Shown here one piece after another: positions 13,334-26,742 of a DNA stretch of 64,000 bases. The first letter of the stretch is position 1. The number at the start of each line of letters is the position of its first letter. Made by a program: the position numbers and the translations under genes. The stretch spans positions 314,588,001 to 314,652,000 of the forward strand of contig OZ024742.1 in NCBI GenBank assembly GCA_964016885.1. Direction: 5' to 3'. The notes beneath the pieces are model-generated. The model made no database searches. It was not told the origin of the DNA and saw only the letters and a program-made list of their open reading frames with translations. The DNA comes from Eledone cirrhosa. Taxonomy: Eukaryota.

Positions 13334-13647
13334 CTCACTGTTCACCTGCCAAACTGTCGATAAATGGCCGGCTTTGCCAAATTCAAATAAAAAATTCTGT
13401 TCGCATGCCAACACAAGTACAAAAATGAAGGGTTCATTCTACTGACATGGCTTGTTTGCATAATTGCAAACGAATCGAATGTTATTATTAATATTCGAAA
13501 ATCTGGCTGATCAGTGGACTGCTAATATGCAGATCTGATTGATCAGCCAGTCTGCTAACATGCAAATCAGGCCGATCAGTCACTGTGTATTTTTGAAAAT
13601 AGCATATATTTTCACTCGCTCTGACAGTTTGGCAGGTGAGCAGTGAG

Positions 13648-13691
13648 CTGTACTGATGAAGGGTGATACCCAGAAACATTAATGTTTGCAG
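13648..13691 (+). ncRNA. Hammerhead ribozyme (family C), GUU triplet
   Basis: CUGUA-CUGAUGA-aGGGU(gau)ACCCa-GAAAC-AUUAAU-GUU-UGCAG: 5-bp stem I, palindromic stem III ACAUUAAUGU. Confidence 0.85.
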
Positions 13692-15111
13692 TTCTGTTCG
13701 CATGCCAACACAAGTGCAAGAATGAAGTGTTCATTCTACTGACATGACTATAAAACTGAGGCTTGTTTGCATACTTGCAAACGAATCGAATGTTATTAAT
13801 ATTCGAAACACTCAGATTACATTTATTATATATATATATATGCATTTCGTAAAGGTAAAATATATACACACAAAGCTCAAATGTATAGAGAAAGTTATGA
13901 ATGATATAGTTAAGGAGTGTTAGAAGTAGCTCAATGTACTTATATATTATTGGACTAAAGACAGATTGATCTTTTAAGGAGAAAACTTTGATAAGGCAGA
14001 CATAAACAGTGATCAAATAAAATCAAATATATAGATGGAAATACTAGTTGATTTTTTAAATAATTTTTAATTCAAAGTCTATACGTACAAAATGATATAC
14101 AGGTTCAATTTGTACATCTTCATCTTGAGATGATTAAAGAATAAAGACTCATTTTATATTCCAATGGGTAGACTTCAGATGTCCTCTATTCTTTATGAAG
14201 TGGGAATAGAATTTCAGTTGTATTCTGCTTCAAATTTATACGTTTTTGTATTTATCAAAAAACGTTATGGTATTAAAATATTTGTCCATATTAAAGTGTA
14301 TCAAGTTTCCCCCGTACCAACGTTGACAAACTTTAAATATGATAAAATCCATCAAGCCACCACTCTTACTCTGAAGCTGAGAGAGATCAGACATGATCAA
14401 AAGGAAAAATATTGCTAGACTAAATGTATATTTATTATACGTATATGGGTTTCTATAAGCCTCTATTCTGAATCACGTCGTGTTAGTGCAATCGCTAATT
14501 AATACTGGCCAATCACCCTTGTAAATAAGATTTCCCCAAGAACAATTTATTTATGAAATTCATATATTGTAGTTGTCCTTTATAAAATGTAAGCATGTCA
14601 TCAGCTGCTTAATACTCAAGCTATACTAACATAGGCTATCAACATTGCCTACAGGAAATGATACATAATTGTATGACTATATTATAGTGTACACTATTTC
14701 TGTAGTCTATATGTACAAATAGGATATGAATTCGATATATAACTCGGCTGCTTACTGACTACACTATATATGTTATAAAATTAACTACCAGCATGAGTAC
14801 TAAGAATATAGGAGTTGTTACGCCCTTTAGTGATTAATGCCGCATATACAAGCCTTTATAAGTCTCTCAATTTTTTTGTCTTTGTTTGCTGCACGTAATT
14901 TCTAATTAGCACAAAATTAAGCTCAATTATCGATTAAGAATGTCCATGTACATATTTTATAATATATAGGAAAATAGGTAAATTATTAAAATAACTTCTC
15001 TTCTATACAAGTACAGGTGTAAATTTAACTGATACTTCGCTACATTGTGCAACGGGATTAAGAGTGACACGATATATGCCAAGTTAGCTCCATTATAATT
15101 ATAAGCAGCTG

Positions 15112-15490
15112 CGATGGATTGGCAGTATCGGTACAGCGTCAGAGATCATGCTTTGCAACACAGAGTTATAGCCCTTTGCGTTCTGAGTTCAAATCCCGCC
15201 GAGGTTAGCTTTGCCTTTCATCCTTACGGGGTCGATAAAATAAAGTACCAGTAATAGACTGGGATAATTGCTAGCCTTGTGCCAAAAGTAGAAACATTAT
15301 TAAGAACGGTGGATTGGCAGCATCAGTACAGGATCGGACGCCATACTTGCCATCATAGAGTTACGTCCTTTTACGGACTGAGTTCAAATCTCGCCGAGGT
15401 TAACTTTGCATTACATCCTTACGGTGTCGATACAATAAAGTACCAGTAATGTACTGGGTAATTGCTGGCGTTGTGCCAAAAGTAGAAACA
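15112..15490 (+). mobile_element. Head-to-tail dimer of tRNA-derived SINE with a 19-bp flanking direct repeat
   Basis: A-box-like tggcagtatcgg, B box gagttcaaatcc, core gcctttcatccttacggggtcgataaaataaagtaccag, tail gccttgtgccaaaagtagaaac; tataattataagcagctgc at 15094-15112 and 15493-15511. Confidence 0.9.
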
Positions 15491-15723
15491 AATATAATTA
15501 TAAGCAGCTGCTAGTTGAGGAGACGAGAGCTAAGTAAAAGAGAATATCTACATGAGCGAACAATGCACATCCGAGAATCGAATTCATCTTACCACCAAGC
15601 CCTCTTATCAGTGAACCCAGCACCACCTCTCTCTGTCGCTCTCTCTCCGACCTCTCCACATCTACTCCTCTATCCCCCTCTCTCACTCTTTATATATATC
15701 TATATCTATTTACACACATGCAG

Positions 15724-15793
<70 letters not shown>

Positions 15794-15858
15794 TAAATAA
15801 CAGATTAAAGTTTAAGCAAAGAATCGCTGCTTTCACCCTTAACGGGATCTTCTGAAAC

Positions 15859-15971
15859 TAAGACCTCACTTCCTGCTATATCAAGCGTTAACCTGATATA
15901 TCCTTTCCATAGACTGTACCGATTGTGCTGTTCTTTCTGTTTACCTTTTACACACACACACACACACACAA

Positions 15972-16023
<52 letters not shown>

Positions 16024-16161
16024 TTGTGTGTGTGTGTGTAAAAGGTAAACAGAAATAACAGCACAATCGGTACAGTTTATGGAAAGGATATATCAGGTTA
16101 ACGCTTGATATAGCAGGAAGTGAGGTCTTAACGTTTCGGACGCTAGTCGTTCATCAGAAAA
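15859..16161. mobile_element. HHR-bearing element (family D), tail-to-tail palindrome centred on (TA)n
   Basis: 15859-15975 is the reverse complement of 16020-16130; homolog at 53086-53200. Confidence 0.85.
16126..16161 (-). ncRNA. Minimal hammerhead ribozyme (family D)
   Basis: UUUU-CUGAUGA-acGAC(uagc)GUCc-GAAA-CG-UU-AAGA. Confidence 0.75.
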
Positions 16162-18469
16162 AAGGATGAGAAATAAGATAGATAGAGTGGACTTGGGGGT
16201 GGAAAAAATGTCTTTAGATAAAAATATTGTGTGTATGTGTCTGTATATGTGTGTGTGTGTGAAAAATATGTGAGCGAGAGATTTTGTATTTCGATGGTTT
16301 CTTTTTTACGTCATCTAATAGATTTTTACATATCAATTTTCTCTGTAAAACTTTCTCCTCTAACGTAACTCACTAATCAAAATGTCTATACATTTTTCTA
16401 CTGCATTCCTTTGAACACATATATTTCAAATATTATGTGCTTGATCTATTCTATAATATTTTTGAAATGAAACCCACATTTATCACTAACAGATTCTAAG
16501 GGGTTCATCTACATATAGCTTGAATACATAGCTGCCCATTAATTGCAGAATATTACTCTTTTAAATATATTAGCTTATTATCTATGCGTTCCGAAATCAT
16601 TGGAGTTGAATGTCCTAATATATATATATATATATATAGTAATAATAATACATTTGAAGACTACACGCTCCACATATGACGTATTATCTTCGTTCGTTCC
16701 GCTCATTGCCAGAGAACGTCTCTACGAACCACCTAAGAGAACATTAGTCTACGACTTCTTTTATACCATAAACGTGGCCGTGTCTTTGCGTGTAATGACG
16801 TATTATATTCGTTTTTCCCGTTCTTTGCCAGCGAACGTTTCCACGAACCAAAGTATCGTCTTCCTGTCTTCCTCTGGTTGTAACGTTTTTTGAAATATCC
16901 ACTTCTGCGTTTACAGATTGACTTTGGTAGTTTCAGAAGATTCCGTTAAGTGTGAAAGCAGCGATTCTTTGCTTAAACTTTAATCTGTTATTTTAATATA
17001 TATATATTAGGACATTCAACAGTTTTTTCTCAAATATATATATATATATATATATATATTTGAGAAAAAACTCTCTTTATGGGAGTATAATCCAGATAGA
17101 GAAAAACAATATTCCATCATCTCGTTTGTACAAAGGACTCCTTACTATGGTTTGATTTGCCGAGGCAGCATGCTGAATAAAAAAATCAAGTTGAGTAGTA
17201 GAAATATTACGTGATCAAAAATCTCTTAACATATTTTAGTCTAAGCGGCAGGCTTATAATGCCGTCTGAAATAGTAGAAATAGCAGCTAAATGAACCTCT
17301 GGGACAATTCGACAAATTAAGGAGCAGTGTAATATCAATTAAAGGTTAATTCTTCTCTAATACTCTAACATCTCAATGAGTTGAATCACTCAGAGAAGCA
17401 ATGTTATATATTAAATTTAAGTGAGACAAATCTCTATTTAAGCGAGTACGAACCAGATAGACAAAAACAATATTTTATCTAAACTAGCTTATATAAAACT
17501 TCCTTATCATGGTTTACTATTGCTAATACAATGGATTCTAATTGGAAGTCTGTCTTATTAAATATGTTGTCATTCCATTTTCGTAAGGCTTTGTGGTGAG
17601 CAACTTTGCTATCCCTCTAAACTACCATATCGACGCGTTTCCTTCGTCAATCTAATACATGGAAAGGTCTTATTGGATGCATCACAGGTACAATGAAACA
17701 CACCGAGATGTACAATGAGAACTTGAGAACTTGAGCATGAAAGAGACCATACTCCAAACGAACAATACTGGCTGGAAGGCTATTGGTTGATCTGATTCTA
17801 GCAATATGCGCATATCTCAACATTCTTCACATACCTTCTATCTGTACATTTCAGGAAGACGTTCCCAAGATGTTAGTACCGAAATATTAAATAACTAAAT
17901 AATTAAGTAAATAATTGCTTACATATTTACATCCCACCTGTGATATTGAATACTCTTACAGTCGCAAATACATTATATATTTTGTGTGGTACTCATGTGT
18001 TGAACATACTCATTTACATATAGCAACTAGAAAACATCAGCTGGAAGTGTCAAATGCATATAGCGCAAGCTTGGTTGGTTATATTTAATTAGCGGGAGCA
18101 CTACGACAGAACTGAGAGTGGAGCAATTTAATTCACTGTGGGGAACGGATACATATCACTTCAAAAGTAAGATACCTACGCTGGATGACCCAAGATGCGA
18201 GCACATGAATATATTGACATGAATCGAGAATCCGGTAAACAGAGCCCACAAGAATCGCTGCGCAGGAGAAGCCCATAATTAGGTATCTCCATAGAGACTT
18301 GCAGAATTGAAGCTCATAATGTCAAGATAAGGGGAACGTGACAACTCATTATATTTACTGTGTTCGCAGCGCTTAGAATCTGACAGATCAGCTATATATC
18401 TTCTTTGTTTATATAAGGATGTATGTCAGCAGACATAAATTGTAATTCAGCTATCTATTTAAGAAGGTA

Positions 18470-18635
18470 AAGAGTTGGCACGATCCTTTAGCTGAATGGT
18501 TAAAAGGGCCTAGCCGGTATCTGTGAGATATGCCTTTCAATTCCTCATAGAGGCCAACGGTAACGGTTTCCTCGTCTTTTGAGGGTTTTCACTGTATCCT
18601 ATTAGGTATCTTTCCGCATCTCCGCGCATGAGCAC
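18470..18635 (+). mobile_element. Second tRNA-headed SINE-like repeat; partial inverted homolog at ~36190-36260
   Basis: tagctgaatggtta (A-box-like), ttcaattcc (B-box-like), tail cgcatctccgcgcatgagca matches the reverse complement of 36192-36212. Confidence 0.5.
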
Positions 18636-18694
18636 ATCATTATTTATATTAACTGTATACACTCAGCGCTTAGATTCCGAGAGATACAGGTGCA

Positions 18695-19002
<308 letters not shown>

Positions 19003-20344
19003 CAATACTATCAGATATTTTACCATGACTGTTTACATTGACTAAGTATTATAATCACTTCATCTAATGGATCGACGTCAATAGACTTTGTTAAATATCT
19101 CATTAGAGGAAATGACGCTATCTTGGCAGTAACTCCATACGAAGTGACACAAATAGATTTCAGCATTAACTGCATATTTAGAAGTTTTGTCGGTTACATA
19201 ATGCGACACTTTGGTCGATACACATTATCTGGTAATGTCAGTATATTTCAAACACATTATTATCATATCTAATCGTAGTTTAGTTTTAATATGTTTGTTC
19301 TTTTTACCAAGCAGCCACAATTTGATTGCCAATACTCATATAACTTTTATGTGAAATGGATAAGTGACAGGGAGAAAATAAGATCTCAAGGATTCACATG
19401 TATAATACCTGGAATCTTATTTAATAACTACCCAGGAACCGCATCTTACTTGCTCATATATTAGCCCTCAGAATTAGTGATCGTATTCAACGTAATTAAG
19501 ACGTGTCCTTAAACAGAATAAAAAATGTGGCTTTGTCGTTTCAATACCAGAAGATGATGCACATACCAGAAAGCCAAGATTTGAACTAAAGTATTCTTCA
19601 GGCGAACGTACCTGCTTGTGGTAATATAGACTGTATCACAAAAATTAACTCTCCTTCTTCAAGGACAGAGAGATATTTTACTCCCAAACATTTGTTGACC
19701 ATCCAAGCACAGCCAATCCATTGTCCCTAAATTAGAGACGGTACTACTGCTAAAGATTCAGACACCTGAATCTTTATAAAAATAGTATACAAAACAGGTA
19801 ACTAAATTCCCTGAAGACAAACGCAAATACAATTCTGCCTCTATCTCAGAGTTTTAATCACTTCTAGTGTTGTCTTCTTCACAGAGCTGGCTAGTCTTCT
19901 ATCACATATATTCAAGTAATCCCGTTTCATTCCCCCTCCCTCTCTAGTAGGAGCACCAAACCTAGATTGATCCTCACATATAGATTTTCCTCTTTAGAAT
20001 GTCTAGTGTATGAGATTTCTTGCTTGACCATGTTCTGGTTCCAGCAACCCTCCACTTTCAGCATTTTGAGAACATTAACCACGTTGATGCTTTAAGAGAA
20101 CTTGCTAATTTCATGGTTACTGGTCTTCCTTGTTTCAATTGATAGTTATTAATGAATTAATAAACTAATATGCATTATTTTTCTTGCAACTACAGTGTAG
20201 TTTATTTGGTTATTACATATATAAATTGATTAGATATTTATAAGATTGTACAGAAATTAATACAGTCTATTAAACGTTAATTCATAATAACATATCTCAG
20301 TCGAGAATATGCATTTTTTATCAAAATAAAACTATTAAAATCAA

Positions 20345-20640
20345 CATATTTTCGCCTACAAGGCATTTATTCTTTCTTGTAGCAACATTCAAAACTTCTG
20401 GGGGTGATGAATAATCCATAACTATATTCTGCAGCCGCTTGGTTACTCAATAAATCCCGATGCTTGAAAAAGTGATAGTTGGTTGATGTAAGATCCGGTG
20501 CATATGCTGGAGGAGGCAAAGTTTTGTAGCACAAATTGTTCAACGACTGGAGCGTATCAAAAAGCTTTCTATAATTCAGAAACGTCAGAACATCCAACCT
20601 TTCACCCACACTCATTATAAGTCTCGCGTCAAAATTCCGT
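20345..20640 (-). pseudogene. mariner (DD34D) transposase C-terminal fragment
   Basis: LPPPAYAPDLTSTNYHFFKH resembles HPPYSPDLAPSDYHLF. Confidence 0.7.
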
Positions 20641-21799
20641 CTGCTAGAAGGTGGTTTAATTTGTCTTTTCAGTAGACTTGTATATTAACGAAAATTCACT
20701 TTCCATTTCCCTGACACCTTTGGCCACATTTCCATGGGATACAACTGATATATTTGCAGTTCATTGATATTTTATAATTAAGCTTGTATGGTTTGTAAAT
20801 TAGCAACTTCACTGATGCGTCTTGGAAAATGCTTTGTCAGAATTCTGAAGACAATAGGGTCAACCAAATTTTAATATTTACTGCTGATAACGAGTATGCA
20901 ATCATAAAATACAAATATTTCATCTTTTATTCTATTTATGTCACTTGTTAATGAAATAAACATTCACAGTTTTCCAATTATAGGATCGAATATTTTGACA
21001 CTAAAGAATCTAATTAAAATTTGCATCGATCTTCCGTAGACAGCAAACGTTGATTTTATCATTGAAGACAACCATGAAACGTACTATTTTTATGGAGTTA
21101 ATTAAGTCTTATCTTTATGATAAACATCGGTGGAATATCAGTGAAACGAAAATTGATTATAGCCTTCGGATGAATAAACAAATACACAATACAAACTGCT
21201 GAACGTAAAGTAGTGTATATCAAACCAAACACCTTTGTTAACTAACAAACTAACAGGCGCTTGAAACCAATAGTACATAGTGTAAAGGACGCCCCCAATC
21301 TCAAATATTTTTTGTGCTTGTAAATTTTCCATATATACACTGTTTCGTAGGATTTTAATGTTTATTTGTTCATTTTTATAAACAGATTCTAATTTGTTTC
21401 GTATTTTATTCAAACTTCGTTATAACTTTAAGCATGTTTATTTGTTCGACAATATGTTCGCGTTAACTTAGACAATCTTTCATCACTTAAGCTTTTAATC
21501 ATTTTATTAAGGAAACTATGCTGTACATATTGTGTTAATACCACTCATTCTCCTGACGAAATTCTGCTAGAACCGCATTGGTGCGAAATGATTTATAGTT
21601 GGGAGAGGGAGAATAATACCCCCATAAATAACGCTGCAGTGACTTTATATTTCGTCTTTCACGAAGAAATATGACTTAGAAATTCAAGAAATTCAATATG
21701 AGATCTACTCACAGAAAGGAGGAACCAGATTTATAGGTACGACGTTTCTTGTAATAAATAACTAGCGTGTGTATTGCTCTCTTCTTTGTCCAATTTTTC

Positions 21800-22060
21800 C
21801 CGAGGGGGGGAGGGGGGGGCAGATACGTCAAATATGCATTCCAGCGGATCCTGTCAGGCACAACTGTGCCCAATCAACATGGCTGGATCCTGAAGCGAGC
21901 CCAGGCGAACTCATAAATGTTATCCAACATCATGCTTGGTGTCTACCCCTGAGTCTCAAGCAGGTTAGTTTTGCCCATATAATCTGTCTAGTCATACTTT
22001 TCTGAGACATTCTGAGCACATGTCCGTAGTATCTACATATAAGTGGAGAGGTCCAAGCAT
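21800..22060 (-). mobile_element. RTE-like LINE 3' fragment
   Basis: Minus-strand RYYGHVLRMSQKSMTRQII...RLRGRH. Confidence 0.6.
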
Positions 22061-24283
22061 TCTGAGGGCCGTGTTCACGTGTTATATATTTATATACTAT
22101 TTGCTACATTCAACTGAATTGCGATCAAATAGGCTTGTGAAGCAGAGGCAGCTTGTAATATACTTCGCAATACTATAGCCGTCTTCTCACGCATTCTAGT
22201 GCCGCATACTTTGTTAACATGTCGGGTGTCAGAGTATTCAAACTGTATATCCGTAAATTAAACACATTACGCAGTTTCTTCTCTCAAAGGTTAGCCATTA
22301 CAGATAACGAAAGTGTTTTCGATGAAAAGGTGCCATTTACCACTAAATAAGATCACAAAAAACACTACATATTAATTCATTTGAAGGAACATATGATACG
22401 AAGCGTATTTTCAATTAGGAGCTGAGACTAAATGTTTACATAACATTTGTTAAAAGACCATCAATTATCACGTCAAGTCACAATCTTATCTAAATCTATC
22501 AACATTGCTTCTCATTAATTAAATTCTATTATGTGAATTCATAAAAATAAACATCATCCTTATGTACAGCATGGCAAACACATAGGTTTACTAGCGCTGC
22601 GAATAAGTTCTTGCGTTATTTTCATGATCAGAATTTATATCAGAATTTATATCATTCATTTGTAAGTGCTCCATCGAGTGATGTTAGGAAACTCAGCAAC
22701 AAGATAGTGAGATTCACCGATGGTGGTTTCGTTTCGAGTGAACCACCTAACAATTACGGATCCTTTTTTTTTTTTGTCTCTAACATCCATTAAATCTTCA
22801 TATATAATTAGAATATATAATTTTTACTTTTCGCATGTTTCAACATTCCGATCCACACTCTAAGAGGTATAAACTCGAAGTTGAATTGTTCAGGATACTG
22901 ATCATGTAACGTCGGCAGTGTCTTCTAATTGTATTGTTCCTGTTCGTCTTGCGCTTTCCACTGCGACACTCTAATTTTAACTTATACGTATCTGCTATGA
23001 ACTTAAAACTATCATTGGTGAGGTACTTCTCACTATGGGCGTTAAAACGCAAAAGGCTTCTCATAATATTACAATTTTCTGTTGAAACCCTATGCAAAAA
23101 CCGATTAGAAGTCTCATAGTGAGAATCAGTGAAACGATCTCCACTATATATCATTATATGTCCGGTTTCCAACACATTCACTGAACACTCAGTTCGTAAA
23201 TTGTTGTGTGATACTCTCTTGTAGCTTTGGAGAGTTTCAAACCAGCTGTCTGTTGCATACGTTTCCTGACCTTGAATTATATAATATACCTTCTTTATGG
23301 AGGCTAAATAATGCATCAATTTGTCCACCAGAATGATTCAAATTACAAAACCTTTATCAAATAACGTCTGCAAAACGTTCCAGTTTATCCGGAAATTTTC
23401 AGCAGTAAAACAATATATTGTATTTCATGATATACCTGTACCACACAGATAGGCGGGATTTATGAAATTATCGATCAAAATTCCAATAATTCAACCCAGT
23501 CATATTTGTTGATTTGTGTTTGGTCTGCTGGACCACAATTCTCTTAGAAACCTCAACTTCTCTGAAGATTTTCTGACTCCAGACCACAGTGCTTTTCAAC
23601 TAATTTTCCTTAGGAGACTGTTACAATTCTATAATCCATGTCACTACACCACCAGGTCAATAGTTGAATCAGAAACAGTTGAGATCATAAACTATTACAA
23701 AATGTCGTCTTCAAGTTTCGCAGAAGTTATCATCTAGAGAAGCTTCTGATGTGAAGAATGTTCAACATTTTCTCTAGGTAAATTTCACATTCAAAAGCAA
23801 TTAACAAGTTGTTTTTAATGTCTTTTCTTGTAAATTACAAAATGTCTACTAATATTACAGCATGACTTATTAAGAAACCTATGTAATTACTAAAATTATA
23901 GAAACTGCATTAATAATTACAATGTTAGATAAACAATTATCATATGAAGTCATTTTATTTCCACCTCTATTAATCACTTATGTTTAATTCAGCCTAAAAT
24001 CTGATTTTTTTTCTTATATTTGTGCACCATGGAGAAGCGACAGGAAAATGCAATCAGATCAGTTTGGACGACCTCTGTGTGTTCAAACCACTCCCCAAAC
24101 AGATGAAATTACGTACAAAAGAGAACAATAAAAGGAAAATGAACTACAGAAGTCTATATCACAGAATAGACGTAAGGAATAGGATTCTGATGTAGGAGGA
24201 AACAGAATTTATCTTTCTACTTGGAAACGTTTCAAATTCCCCGAAATATAAAAGATCACATTTGAAGGTAAGTACGACTGGTG

Positions 24284-25232
24284 TTTGGCACAAGGCCAGT
24301 AATTACCCAGTAATGTACTGGTACTTTATTTTATCGACGCCGTAAAGATTAAAGGCAAAGTTACCCTCGGCGGGATATAAACTCAGTCCGTAAAGGGACG
24401 TAACTCTATGCTGAAAATCATGGCGCCCGACTCTCTACCGATACTGCCAATCCACCACCTGGTAATAATATAATTGTTTCTGCTTTTGACACAAGGTCAG
24501 CAAATTACCCAGTACAATACTGGTACTTTATTTTATCGACCCCGTAAGGATGAAAGGCAAAGTTAACCTCGGCGGGATTTGAACTCAGTCCGTAAAGAGA
24601 CGTAACTATGCTGGAAAGCATGGCGCCCGACTCTCTACCGATACTGCCAATTCACCGAAACTAAAACTATCATTTTATTTTTTAAAATCATCCCATATTT
24701 GTTTTCGTGAAATGAAAGTATTTGATGAAATAAATAATTGTTTCTACTTTTGGCACAAAGCCAGCAATTACCCAGTACATTACTGGTACTCTGAAATAAA
24801 TAATGATTTCTAGTATAGGCACAAGACCAGTAATTTGGGGGGGGGAGGGGATAGTCGATTAAATCGACCCCAGTACGTGACTGGTACTTTATTTTATCGA
24901 CCCCGTAAGGATGAAAGGCAAAGTTAACCTCGGCGAGATTTGAACCTCAAACGGCCGTAATTTTGTAAAGCTTTGTGTCCGACCCTCTACCGATACTGCC
25001 AATCCACTGTCACTGTGAGTGAATAATAATAATAATATTATAATAATAGTTTCTACTTGGGCACAAGACCAGCAATGATTCTAGTGTAATACTGGTACTT
25101 ATTTTATTAACCCCGTAAGGATGAAAGGCAAAGCTAACCTCGGCGGGATTTTAAATCAGAACGTACAGGGCCATAACTCTGTGCTGCAAAGCATGGTGTC
25201 TAACGCTGTACCGATACTGCGAATCCATCGCA
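24284..25232 (-). mobile_element. Tandem cluster of five SINE copies (24284-24459, 24473-24657, partial 24737-24790, 24803-25008, 25049-25232)
   Basis: Repeated ctggtactttattttatcgaccccgtaaggatgaaaggcaaagttaacctcggcgggatttgaactcag. Confidence 0.9.
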
Positions 25233-26080
25233 GCTGCTTATCTATTTATTAATTTCAAGAACGTCAGTATTCCGTGTGTCATAATTCTCGATTATCATTG
25301 GTTCTTAGGTTTCAAACGAATCCACCCACCTCAACGACGCCAAACTGACATTCATATGCATAATGCCAATGAGGGAGTCAGAGGGGAGAGTGTGAACGCT
25401 GTGTTCAATAACTATTAACATGTGTGCGTGTGTATGTACGTGCGCGTATGTTTATGTTGCGTGCGTGCAGCGTTCCACAGAAAGTAAAAACTATCAACAT
25501 GTGTGAGTGTGTGCGTCTGTAAGTTTGCGTGCGTGTGCGCGTTTCCATGCGTGTATGTGTGTGGCGTTCCACAATCACCACGCAGTTTATCTGTCTGTGT
25601 TCCTGTCTGTCAGTCTAACATACACAGAGTTATCAAGGGAGTAAATAAGGACCTTTCTTTAAATTGACGGACATCTTTTATATTTATTATTGTGTCATGT
25701 TTTATACACTATGTATATGTGTAAGTGTAGAGGCATGTGTGTGTGTGATGTGTGTGGAAATAAGAGGGGAGGGAAGGCAATAATTATTAACATGTGTGCG
25801 TGTGTATGTACGTGCGCGTATGTTTATGTGTGTGTGCGTGCGTGCAGCGTTCCACAGAAAGTAAAAATTAACGTGTGAGTGTGTGCGTGTGTGAGTTTGC
25901 GTGTGTGTGCGTGTTTCCATTCGTGTATGTGTGTGGCGTTCCACATTCGCCACGCAGTTTACCTGTTTGTGTGCCTGTCTGTTAGTCTAACATACACAGA
26001 ATTGTGAAGGGAGTAAATAGGGACCTTTTTTTACATTGACGGACATCTTTTATATTTATTATTGTGTCATTTTTTGACAA

Positions 26081-26668
26081 TTGCTCGAAATGAATACTGA
26101 TAATAAAAGTAATTCGACTTTATCAAACAGTGAATTACAGCGGCGACGGCGTGTAGCCAGCAATGAAGAAAAACGGGCCGAACAGCGCCATCTTAACGCC
26201 GAACTTCTGAGGCGAAGACGTGCTGCCATGAATGAAGTGGAGCTGGCTGAACAACGCCAACGAAACACTGGAGCCAAGCAGCGACGGCGTGCTTCTATGG
26301 TTGAAGACGAACTGGCTGAGCATCATCAGCAGATGGCCAGAATTTAGCAGCAACGGCGTGCTGCGATGGATGAAGAGGGGCTGGCTGAACAGCGCCAGCG
26401 CAATACAGAAGTTCAGAGAATGTGTCGCCAAAGTGCTCCTCATTCCAGTAAAGAGGCCAGAAGGCGAACGAATGATATTAAAAATGGATCATGGCAACCG
26501 TGTCATTTTCAGATTGGTGGACGAGCAGAGTGTCCGCATTGTGGAGCATTGCTTTGGAGGCACGAATGGAATAACGCCATGGAAGCTGCAGGAACAACAC
26601 AGGTGCCAGCTCAAATAAGGCAGTTGTTTGTCACGATTCTAGGATTCTGCAATCCTGCCGTTATTTGA
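26081..26668 (+). pseudogene. Helitron RepHel N-terminal repeats and Zn-finger-like motif fused to the pre-helicase linker
   Basis: RRAAMxExxLAEQRQRN repeats, CPHCGALLW, then EWNNAMEAA...PAQIRQLFVTILGFCNP; internal stop at 26345. Confidence 0.8.
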
Positions 26669-26742
26669 ACGCCATTGGGGAAATATGGCTGATGATTTTA
26701 GGCATCGTCTTCAGGTCGATGATGAATATTTGATGAAAGCTA

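Larger units (their letters stand above)
13165..13830. mobile_element. HHR-bearing element (family C) as inverted pair plus internal partial copy, flanked by (TA)n
   Basis: 13165-13359 is the reverse complement of 13623-13830; partial copy at 13395-13500. Confidence 0.8.

Noticed and set aside
15112-15200. tRNA gene
   Set aside because: A/B boxes belong to SINE heads; no cloverleaf, and each is followed by the SINE core
21545-21610. CTGACGA...GAAA possible hammerhead
   Set aside because: Two small hairpins without a closing stem II, and stem I is not contiguous with the UH site
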